From Octopus bimaculoides (Eukaryota): DNA of 64,000 bases. Below the pieces are notes generated by a model that saw nothing but the letters and a program-made list of their open reading frames with translations, was not told the origin of the DNA and ran no database searches. Both the position numbers and the translations under genes were made by a program. Positions 52,638-64,000 of this stretch are shown here, one piece after another. The stretch is taken from NCBI RefSeq assembly GCF_001194135.2, contig NC_068981.1, positions 52,495,452 to 52,559,451 on the forward strand. The letters run 5' to 3'. Position 1 is the first letter of the stretch; every line of letters starts with the position of its first letter.

Positions 52638-55600
52638 CTATAAAGGAAAAAAAAAAATGAAAAATATGATCTTCTGAAAGCAAAGTTTATTTTATAAAAT
52701 TACTAATAAAAAAGCCTAGATATTTCAATGGAATATATATAAAGTTGCAGTCATGGATGAAAGTATTATGTATAATAGTTGCAGTTGAAATAATGGCATC
52801 AATTAACCAACTTGTCCTGTCAACAGTAAGTAGTTCCTCAAACCAGAAGAAGTACTGCAGAAATGAATATTCTTAATCTTAATTAGTAATTTCTTTTTTA
52901 ATTTAAAAATTTTTATGTTTTTATATTTTTGGCATTAGGAAAGGCATCCAGCTGTAGAAATCATGCCAAACAAGTAAAAAAGCATAATGTGTTCCATGGA
53001 CCCATTCATTCCTGTCAAACATCCAATTCATGCTAGCATGGAACGCATATATTAAATGATGATGATTTTATAGAACTTAAGATATTTTATTTGGACGCTG
53101 TCAATATGAAACTAGATCCTGGGTATTTGTAAAGCTTAGAGATGAAAGTGTTGAGTAGTTCCTCAGTGGCCTATAGCACATTCTATAATTTTACTTACAC
53201 TTAATTATTACTGACAAATAGAAAGTTACTGAAACTTTGGTGAATTTGTACAAATTATTGGAACAAATGTTTTTTGTTTTTTTTTATGAATGTCAGAACA
53301 AGAGTAATATATTATTTTCAGTTCAGAAGATTGAAACGGCTACAGTAGTATTGTAAACATAATTGAAAATGCATTTGTGAGTACATGTGCCATATTTTAC
53401 TCATTTAGACAGCAGACTTTTGCATTGCATAATACAAATTTCTTCAATGATGGAATATAACATAATTAAAAAAATTTGATTATAAATTCTTTATGCTACT
53501 ATCAAACATTGGCTTCATTTTTAATACATAAGTATGCTTGTGTGTGCATGTATATACACACAAACATATACAGATCAATAAAGAAAAAAATCAGCAGCCT
53601 CTCCAAAACAGATTAGGTGAATATTATACAGGATTGCAATGTGAAGAATGCAAAGCTTTTGTAAAATGCTGCTACTAGAGGTAACTGAGTGCCATCTCTC
53701 CACTTAAATACCATTAAAGGGGGATCATTTGCTGACATTATACCAAAACAGAAAAATTCATTTTTGAATAGAACAAATATTCTGAGAAAGTTGAACATCG
53801 TGAAAAGTTGAAAATATGGAGCAACATTAAAAAGGAATGAATAATAAGTATTATTTATAACATTGGAATGACATTTCAAATTTTAGGAGGAGTAAAAATG
53901 TAAAGCTGTCACGTAGATATCTTTCCCAAGTGTATTAGTAAAGAAAAACAGAATTTATCACAAACTACTCCAGCAATACTAATAGCAAAAAAGTTAAGTT
54001 GATTATTAAAATTTTTTGTCAGGAAGAAAAAGATAAAATTACAAGTGTAATATATTTAGGGTGAGGCCACAACAGTGTAACTTAAAGTTATCATGTGTAT
54101 CTTATGAAAATGGAGTAATTACTAATAACAATGGCTGTTTGTTGAAGGCCAGCACTATAAGCTACACATTGTAAAATGCTTTTCCCAACACTGTGACACA
54201 CTTTAGCCACATTTATTTCTTAGTTACTTTAAACATATTCCACAGTTTAGACAGCTTTTCACCAAAAATTTTATCAAAATTGTACACAGATGATTCACAT
54301 CTTAATTGTTAATTATTATTCATTTTTAAAATCGTACTTTATGAAATCCTTAAAAATTAATAAGGAGCTTATATTACCAGCACCATCCACTTATTACTAA
54401 CACTGATTTTTTTTTTTTGCCATATTTTTTTCTATCTTGAAGAGAAGTAGGGGGTGGTTTGAGAAGATTTGGCAGCTAAATTCTAGCAGGCTGAGAGACT
54501 TCCTATTCTAACTATTACTGACAGTAGCAAACCTTTTGATATCATTCAGCCCTGCCCACTTGTACTCTGTTGAATAGTAAACACCACCTTAAAAACAACA
54601 CAAAATGCTGGCTGATGAGCTGTTATTGCTAATGACAGTAGGCCTATGTAAGGTACAGAAGGAACATATATAGAATCCTGGAATCTGTAACCCTTTTTAA
54701 ACAGAATACTGTAAAGATCTTTCTCATTTATACTTATTATCCATTTCATCTCATAATAAAAATATATATGCACAACCTCATAAGTAGATGACAATATTAT
54801 AGTCTTTTCACCACACTTTATAACTGCTCAAACCCATATTTCAGTCACAGATGAAAGCATTATCTATAAAACTCCATCATCTTTCTTTTAAATGAAAACA
54901 AAGTGATGCACAAATATTTAGTACTAGGAAACAACATTTCTACAATCTGCAGCATGCCTTAAAAGTTTCTAGAGATTAAGAAACCCCACAAAACTCTAAA
55001 TTCACGAATCTCATAAATGTATTTTAGAATGACTTGAAAAGAGATTAATCCTTAGTTGTGCATCACAACTCCACAATTGTGTCTGTCTGGAGAAATGGAA
55101 ACAAATCTTAAAAAGTATGTGCGTCAAGAAATCCAAAGGTGAAGGAAGGGGTGTGCATGCACAAAGCCAGGATCACAAAACTTCCCAGCAATCATATGGT
55201 ACAAGAATGGGGTCTGAATTACAAGATATTGTAGGAAATTTGTATGACATTCAAAATGCTGTTCCACAGAATATTTTCAAAACACCCAATAAATTAATGT
55301 CATATATTTTGATGCAATAATTAAAGTCAAATAGATAGCCATCACCACAAAAAAAAAAGAAGGAAAAAGAACAAAAACAAAATAAAACCCTATTTAATTC
55401 ATCAAAACAGCTCATCCATTATTTAATGCAATTAATTAACCTATATTCATTTAAATAATTGTTTAAGCCTTGTGTCATAAAATTCTTTGCTCTGAAAATT
55501 TTCAAATTAAGAATACAAATTTCTTTTAATTCATGAAATCATCTGCTTATATTTTTATAATGCTGTATTATTTAGATGTTGTTCATCAGAGTAGTTCATT

Positions 55601-57506
55601 CAAACTGGTAAGGATGAAACTAATATTCATTGTTCAGTAGAATTATCCTACTATACAGACAAGTCTCATCTTAGACTAACAGTTCCTCTTGTAAAAAAAA
55701 AATATATATTATTTAATAAATACCAAATGCAATAGAAAAAATGCTATTTTTGTCTTTTATACATCAGATTATTTTATGACAAACACGTCCAGCAAACTTG
55801 GATATTGTACATTTGATACATATGAATATCATCATGGCTGTGCACACACACACAAATTCTTTTTCAATCCTGGCCCAAAACACAAGCCTTTTCCAGCTGC
55901 CCATATCCTTTCTTAGTCATTTCCTCTTATGCCCTCACCTCTCATGTCAATCCTACTACATTTTACCCTGCCTGCTTCAGTTTAAGCTACCATTAACAAC
56001 AGCAAACAGTGTCTACAGTTTTAAAAATAATCTTACAATGTAAACTAAACATTGAGCCAAGGTTGATTCCAAATTAATTCATTGCTTTTTGTTTTTAGTA
56101 TTTCTTGGACAATGTTTAAGAGAAATTTTGTTTGTTCAAAAAGATATTTTTTTAAAAATTAATTTTACCCTTCCTAAGGAAATTATAATAAAACAGTAAA
56201 TTTGATGTGGAGGGAGAGAGAGAGTTGAAAGTAAATGGTTATAAGAAACGATGGTGGGGTAAAGAGGAAGAATAGAAGAAAAGAGAGATTCAAGGAGAGA
56301 CTAAGATAAAGGGAAAGAGAGTGAGAGAGAGACTGACTGGGAGAAAAGGGATGAGGATTGAGAGAGCTAGTTGGGCAAAGAGAAAGTGGTGAGCTTAAAA
56401 AGGAGGTGAGTTTTGTGAGAATGGAAAAGAGAAGAGAAATGGGATCATTGAGATGATTAGAGTGGTCGTTGGGATATATAATTCCCTCTGTAATAATATA
56501 TTGGCATTTGTCTAGAAATCATAACCTTGACCTGAATGTAATTCTTGTTAATCATTATTATTATTGGTTTAAAGACATATGAGAATAAAGAATACATATC
56601 CATAGCCTAATTTTAAATAAAAGTTAATTAAATGCCTTAACATTTCTCATGTTAATAGTTATTTAGACCAAAGTTATTTGCAACCATAACAGCTAAGAAA
56701 TTAAATAGACTTTACAGCTTCATTTTCATGTTCAGCTGGCACAGATCATATGATTCTGTTTGATCATCTATTGCCTTTTGTTGGTGGTCCATAGAAAGTC
56801 CAGCCTCTCACACTCCTCTATCCTTTTGCTGACATATTTTCAATGTATTTCTGTTTGTTTCATGTAAGCATACTTGCAATTCAGAATTTTTCCTATTTTC
56901 ATCCAAGCTAGTGTATTTCTTAAATTCTCACCAATATGACATCATGCTGAATATTCAAATATTAATATGATTACATCATATATTTTGCTTCTTTATTATT
57001 TGCACTAGAGTACTCGCACCGTTAATATGCATGTCATATGTAAATGTACTGAAACTGATAATGAAATATAGTTAAAATCTAAAATATCAAGTTTATTTTT
57101 AAATACTGATATTTACATACTGTAGTATTCTTAGCATTGAATTTTTTTTTTCAAGTGTTTATATTCCATTCCTTCCAGTATGCATGCTAACACAATTTCA
57201 TGAAAAAAATAGTCTTTCTTTTTTTGGAAAGTAAATTTTTCATAAATTTATGTGGATGTGATTGATTTATGTGTGTGTTATCATCATCATACCCATGCTT
57301 GCATGAATCAGATAAGATTTGTTGAGGCAGAATTTTTATGGCTGGATGCTCTTCTTGCCGTCAACCTTCATTTGTTTCCAAGTATGCATGCATACACACT
57401 TGTATGCACAAGCATCTTAGCTAGAGATACATGCACTTCAGTGCATGTGCATATATGCATGTGAACAAAAGTGATCTATCATTATCTTTCTAACTAGCTA
57501 GCTAGA

Positions 57507-57552
<46 letters not shown>
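57507..57552. repeat. (GT)n(GA)n microsatellite
   Basis: Direct reading. Confidence 0.9.
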
Positions 57553-57556
<4 letters not shown>

Positions 57557-58312
57557 GGTGATGTGAGAGAGAAGTAGATAGATAGATAGATATTTAAACA
57601 ACCAACAAAATACAGGTTAAGCTACATTTGAGTAACAGTTAAGTAAGGGAAAGTGATAAAAAGACTCTCATTTTAATTCTTCTACTACCTCTCCCGATTT
57701 GTGGTTTGATCACCTTCTACTGCATTACACAAAATATTAAAATACACACTGGAAATTATTTTAAGTAATTAAAAGAAATTCTCAAAATTCCTACAGTTAA
57801 GACAACTTGACCAATAACTACAACCCTGATAAAACAACTAATATTTCTATTAAATACACATGAGACTTCATTTTGGTAAACCAATTTGCTATGGTATATA
57901 TCCTGTCAGTGTACATAAAACTGGTAATTTACAAAAATTAGTAAAAAAAATATATATATATATATATATATTTATTTGAGTGATGTACACTTTTTGGAAG
58001 CTCAAACCCAAATAAACTTATTTGCATTGACATTAAATCTGTTTTTATATTGTGAATGCAGCACAGCACTTGCTATCATGTTTGGTATTCATTTAATGGC
58101 AACCTTACACTATTATCAGTTCTTAGAATCCCAGCCTGAAATTCTAAATTATCAATCAGACAGGACATTCTTCAATATAAGCTATACAGGAAGTTGATGG
58201 TTCTAACAAAACTAAAAATTGCAGTACTCTGGTAGCCATCATATGATTTATGTTTCTAATTTCAAAATTCTTTCAGAATGATTACATGTAAAGAAGAATA
58301 AAAATGTTTCAC

Positions 58313-58372
58313 TATGCATAAGTGAATGAATGATAGACATTGATATGTCTATCATTCATTCACTTATGCATA
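58313..58372. repeat. Perfect 28-bp inverted repeat with 4-nt loop
   Basis: tatgcataagtgaatgaatgatagacat-tgat-atgtctatcattcattcacttatgcata. Confidence 0.95.
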
Positions 58373-59509
58373 ATGGTACTCAGGAAGAAACTTTTATTTT
58401 TATGTTTTTTAGTTTAAAATTGTAAAGCTGGTCAATTTCTGTCTACACTAGTAATGTGTAGAGGATATGCCAGAACTTATGAATGATGTAAGTACATGCA
58501 GCTGTTCTTCACGGTACCATGAAACAAAAACAACTGACTAATATATGTAGCTACTTTGTACAATATTATTTCTAATTTCTATCACCAGTTAATATTTCCC
58601 CTCTATAATTATTTAGAAAAGAGATACTTGTTTTCATGACGTATTGAAATACCCACTTGAAATCAAAATGAAGTTATCTTTGAAATAAATGTACAAAATA
58701 GAAAATAGATTGAATAAGAAAGATATTTTTTAAAGCTGTCCATAGTTTTCAAATGTAGAGCATGTTGTGATTCTGCTAATTCTCCCTAATTCTTTAATAC
58801 TTCTTATGTTTGGAATGGACAGATGAGATCCATGATTAATTCTCTAAAGCATGCTGTTGAAAGGTGTATATTTTTATCAACTGAGAAGTGTGATAACAGG
58901 CAAATTTCTTGAAATAAGATGTGAACAAATCAGTTTGAAGCTGGGAACAATGATAACAAAAAAAGTCTTCTAGTCATGGTTACAGATATACTAATTGTCC
59001 CTATATTTTTGCAGTTTACCTCAATATAGGTTTGTGTCTGAGCTTAAATGACAAACACTATACACCCTTATAACATCCACACAAAATTGTAGTAAACAGT
59101 CTTCTGATGACAAGATGCATGCATAGAGCCAGAAAATGTTTAATCCCCAATCAGTCATTAGCTAGCTACAGCTTCCAAGTATGACTCACATTGAAGTGCT
59201 GCTACAAGCACAAACATCTTAGACTATAGCCTGCCTAAGGCCATCCAGCTGATTAGCAAATACTCACTCCAATACATTACAACCACTACTTAACAGCTGT
59301 ATTAATTTTCTCTCTTATCATTACTAAAACAGCCTCTAAAGTAGAAAGCTACATACTTCTCCAACCTGGTCCACAAGAACTTACCCTTCCTTGCAAATAT
59401 ACTGTATTTCACTCTCGCAGACCTCTTGGAGTAAATATTCTTTCATCCTCCCCCACAAGAACTCCAACCTATTGAAATTATCTCCCTGCTTACATATTTT
59501 CCCTATGAC

Positions 59510-60461
59510 NNNNNNNNNNNNNNNNNNNNNNNNNNNNNNNNNNNNNNNNNNNNNNNNNNNNNNNNNNNNNNNNNNNNNNNNNNNNNNNNNNNNNNNNNNN
59601 NNNNNNNNNNNNNNNNNNNNNNNNNNNNNNNNNNNNNNNNNNNNNNNNNNNNNNNNNNNNNNNNNNNNNNNNNNNNNNNNNNNNNNNNNNNNNNNNNNNN
59701 NNNNNNNNNNNNNNNNNNNNNNNNNNNNNNNNNNNNNNNNNNNNNNNNNNNNNNNNNNNNNNNNNNNNNNNNNNNNNNNNNNNNNNNNNNNNNNNNNNNN
59801 NNNNNNNNNNNNNNNNNNNNNNNNNNNNNNNNNNNNNNNNNNNNNNNNNNNNNNNNNNNNNNNNNNNNNNNNNNNNNNNNNNNNNNNNNNNNNNNNNNNN
59901 NNNNNNNNNNNNNNNNNNNNNNNNNNNNNNNNNNNNNNNNNNNNNNNNNNNNNNNNNNNNNNNNNNNNNNNNNNNNNNNNNNNNNNNNNNNNNNNNNNNN
60001 NNNNNNNNNNNNNNNNNNNNNNNNNNNNNNNNNNNNNNNNNNNNNNNNNNNNNNNNNNNNNNNNNNNNNNNNNNNNNNNNNNNNNNNNNNNNNNNNNNNN
60101 NNNNNNNNNNNNNNNNNNNNNNNNNNNNNNNNNNNNNNNNNNNNNNNNNNNNNNNNNNNNNNNNNNNNNNNNNNNNNNNNNNNNNNNNNNNNNNNNNNNN
60201 NNNNNNNNNNNNNNNNNNNNNNNNNNNNNNNNNNNNNNNNNNNNNNNNNNNNNNNNNNNNNNNNNNNNNNNNNNNNNNNNNNNNNNNNNNNNNNNNNNNN
60301 NNNNNNNNNNNNNNNNNNNNNNNNNNNNNNNNNNNNNNNNNNNNNNNNNNNNNNNNNNNNNNNNNNNNNNNNNNNNNNNNNNNNNNNNNNNNNNNNNNNN
60401 NNNNNNNNNNNNNNNNNNNNNNNNNNNNNNNNNNNNNNNNNNNNNNNNNNNNNNNNNNNNN
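59510..60461. other. Assembly gap (952 N)
   Basis: Run of N; probably hides the 5' part of the Tc1 element and possibly septin exons. Confidence 1.
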
Positions 60462-60863
60462 CTATGGTTGCAGAACTGTTTCCAGAGGGAAACGCAGTCT
60501 TTCAGGATGATAATGCACCAATTCACACAGCTAAAGTTGTTACTGAATGGCACAAGGACCATTCTAGTGAAGTTGAACATCTTATCTGGCCATCACAGTC
60601 CCCAGATCTCAATATTATTGAACATTTATGGTGCATTTTATAAAAACGAGAAAGGAGTCAATATCCTCCATCATCATTACAAGAACTGGAGACTGTTTTA
60701 ACCGAAGAACAGACAAAAATTCCTTTGGAAACAATTCAAACTTTGTACAAGTCTATACCTCATAGAATTCAAGCTGTAATTACTGCCAAAGGCAGTCCTA
60801 CCCCTTATCAAAATAAATTTGTTTGAAATTTTAAAGTGTTTCCATTATTTTATCCAACCCATG
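60462..60863 (+). mobile_element. Tc1/mariner transposase C-terminal remnant with right TIR
   Basis: [59 protein letters not shown]...RIQAVITAKGSPTPY; TIR-like end gtgtttccattattttatccaacccatg. Confidence 0.9.
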
Positions 60864-62626
60864 CATATAGAGTAGTTTTATTTTCACAAAATGAAATTAC
60901 ACACCTCTTTCCTTTTTACACCCACCCAATTATGGTGTTTAAAAAAAAATCAAATTGATACTATATTTAGAGATGTTTTCCCCACTGATATTGACAAGCT
61001 GCAATCTGGGATTTTTTCCTCTCCATACAGTTACAGAGATCTAAAACAGCAACTATTACTGATTAAAACTGATAATGAACCTTACAATGGGCACTGATGC
61101 ATTGTAATTAATAATTACAGTTTTAGAAAGTTATTTGCAGAGAACCATTTCTGTGGAGGGATAATATAAAAGGTAAAAAAATAGGTTGGTTAACCAGGTG
61201 CAGAGCATAATGACCAAAAAACAATTCAAAATCAATATCTGTTTTTATGCATCTTTGGATATGATTAATCTAGGGGATGCTCAACAAAACAACTAGGTTA
61301 AATTAACCCAATGAAATCAGAGATGATTTAGTTTCCAAGGCTCTGATATTCTACTAGCTGTTGTAATACAGAAACAAATACATTCTACTGGTGTTAGTTT
61401 TTAAAGCACAAGAAAAAATGTTAAAATAAAATTTTCTTCCTATTGAATATAAAGAAAATTTTATATACAGCTGGAAGAAAATTTATAGCACTTGTAAAGT
61501 TATGTTGTATTAAAGATGTGAACTACTTAAAGTGAATGCAAAGAATTTACTTAGGTGACTTCAAGCCATTTATGAATCAGCAAAAAAGAATCCAGAAGAG
61601 ATGTGGTGAGGGAATACAATTTTTTGTGCAAGTGAATAAGCAAACAATTATTTTCTTTGAGTAAATTCAGAGGGAGAGCCTACTAACAGCTAGGAAATAA
61701 CATAAATAGTTACTTTAGTAGAGAGAAAAAAAAAAGAAGTGAATATATTGGTCAGAGATAACTGATGAAAACCACATTTTAAAAATCTACTTAGTTCTAA
61801 ACAGGTCACTCTTAGTGTTTGTTTCATGTAGAGAAAATGTATGTATGTCAGTTAGCATATTATTTTTCCCTTTAGTAAATCCAAGAAAATAAAATTATTT
61901 ACCTAAACTATTACATATGAACAGTAAATTATATAATTAAATTTCTTCCCATTTAAAACATATGTTTGAAATAATGTTTCTTAAGTATAAAATTGTTTAT
62001 TGTTAAAGATATTTTCATCATCTATAAAGATTCTATATTTTAAAGTTGATATGGCAGCATCTAGATAGAGCAATTCATTTATCTAATCACTCAGCTTTCA
62101 CCAATTTTTTAAATTTTATTTTTTGAACAACATTAATATTATTTACATTTAGTTTGAGAAAGTTGTGACTGCTGATCTTGATAATAGGGAGAACTAGCAT
62201 ATAAGTTTAATTCCTAAATCTTTTATGTTAGTAAGAGTGGAATGGACTTTACCAGCTTGAATATAAATAAAATACAGTTAGTGCAACTATTTCTACATCT
62301 GGAGGCTCTTCCTTTTTCGAGATAGATTTATATAACATTTTATCACCAAAATGGAAACTAATAATACATTTTACAAAATAAATAATTAGTAAAATCATTA
62401 ATAAAAGAATTTAAAGCAGATGTAATAAACTATAAAATGCAAGTTCTTTTACAGTTATAATCCATTATAATATGATTATCTGCAATATAATCTAAGTTAT
62501 TACACATTTGCACAAACTGTTTGAGTAAAAGTTCAAATCACTTTTCAATAATCAACAAGAAACCAAAATACTTTGAAACTAGAAAGAATGGTTTCAGTAT
62601 TAATTTAGAATAATAATTATTTAGTG

Positions 62627-63088
62627 ATCATCATCGTTTAACGTCCGCTTTCCATGCTAGCATGGGTTGGACGATTTGACTGAGGACTGGCGAACCAGAT
62701 GGCTACACCAGGCTCCAATCTGATTTGGCAGAGTTTCTACAGCTGGATGCCCTACCTAATGCCAACCACTCCGAGAGTGTAGTGGGTGATTTTACGTGCC
62801 ACCGGCACAAAGGCCAGTCAGGCGGTACTGGCAACGGCCACGCTCAAAATGGTGTATATTATGTGTCACCTGCACAGGAGCCAGTCCAGTGGCATTGGCA
62901 ATGATCTCGCTCGAATGTCTTTACACATGCCACCGGCATAAGTGCCAGGAAGGCGACGCTGGGCACAGGTGCTATCACAATTTCGCTTTCACTTGCCCCA
63001 ACAGGTCTTTGCAAGCCGAGTTTCGTGTCCAATGAAGGAGACGACATTAGCATGGGTGCCAGTCATCGAGTTTAGTTCGATTTCGATG
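62627..63088 (-). mobile_element. RTE 3' UTR fragment
   Basis: atcatcatcgtttaacgtccgctttccatgctagcatgggttggacg..., same family as 38428-38810. Confidence 0.9.
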
Positions 63089-63563
63089 TGGAAATAATTT
63101 TTTCCCTTTTTATTTGACATTTTGTGTGAAATTTTTTGTAACTTTGTTGAAGAATAAATCCTGTTAAAAATGATTTCATGTCTGGCCATGAAATATAACT
63201 TCGCACAGGAACATGAGGATTAGCAACAGGAAGAGCATCCAGCAACAGAAAATCTGCTAAAACAAATTCCGTCTGACCCATGAAGCATGGAAACGTGGAT
63301 GTTGCATGACAATACACATCACAAAAAAAAAAAAAAAAAGATCAAAGGTTGCTCCTATGTTCATAAGGCCAGTGTCCCAGATTCTGTGGCATACATATTT
63401 GCCTTCTGGATGGGATGCTGGTCTGTCACAGGATTACTAATTTTTACCAAAATGAAGTGTTTTGCTTCAGAACATAAGGAACCACCCAGTCCAGGAATCA
63501 AAACTACAATCTCACAATCATGAGTGCAACACCCTAACCATTAAGTCACATGCTTCCACATGC

Positions 63564-63594
<31 letters not shown>

Positions 63595-64000
63595 CTTTTA
63601 ACACAGCAAATGTGGAAATGTCATTTCCTTATTTCAACAGAACAATATATACTTCATTCGTTTTAAGTAGCGCAAAAGTATGAGTGAAGTAGAACTGAAG
63701 AATACAACTGAATTATGGACGATATCTTAGCTTGCTAGTCATTAGGTTTATACATTCTATTAAATGCCATGTTAAACAGGAATAGGCATAGTGAAGCAAT
63801 GGATAAAAAAATTGTAATTAGTGACTAAGATCTAGATATTTAAGTGTTTACCATATATATATATATATATACATTAGGTGTGTGTATACATGTAGGAGGA
63901 CACAACGTGGCAGCTAGAAGGAGGATGAAAGTCGTCTGATATCAGAGAGGTAGCTAGTACAAGAGAAGTAGCTGGTATGAGAGATAGGAATAAAACAAAC

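Noticed and set aside
52808-52854. 47-nt segment after a ttctgcag acceptor upstream of the G3 exon
   Set aside because: Weak donor (gttaat), length not a multiple of three, and no septin similarity
59381-59509. Minus-strand ORF end with gtaag donor next to the gap, as the missing septin exon
   Set aside because: The peptide (MKEYLLQEVCESEIQYICKEG) has no P-loop or septin similarity and would end in the wrong phase
1-64000. CRISPR arrays, rRNA, intact tRNA genes, prokaryotic operons
   Set aside because: None seen; the window is intron-rich eukaryotic DNA, and tRNA-like motifs are SINE heads or fragments

Overview
AT-rich, repeat-dense animal genomic DNA from a draft assembly with four N gaps. 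The SINE/RTE repeat families look like those of Octopus (inferred from memory of the repeats, not searched). The main content is the 3' part of a minus-strand septin-7 (SEPT7/Pnut/Cdc10 group) gene: ten constitutive coding exons between 52637 and 18836, which I read by hand. All have GT-AG sites and matching phases and give 342 aa plus stop, followed by a probable ~2.9-kb 3' UTR. The ORF track misses these exons. The N-terminal/P-loop exons were not found and must lie in the 59510-60461 gap or beyond the window. A second minus-strand gene appears to begin at 3775 with a mitochondrial-presequence-like first exon. The rest is RTE, CR1 and Penelope retroelement debris, tRNA-derived SINEs, MITEs, Helentron-type fragments and a Tc1 transposase remnant. 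The most interesting signal is in the two unusually long septin introns. The 11-kb intron holds a 30-nt in-frame polybasic microexon candidate. The 15-kb last intron holds several GC/CpG-enriched, splice-site-bounded segments whose phases fit together into alternative C-terminal tails, including a 246-nt in-frame Cys-rich hydrophobic cassette. All alternative exons are motif-based predictions and need RNA-seq.
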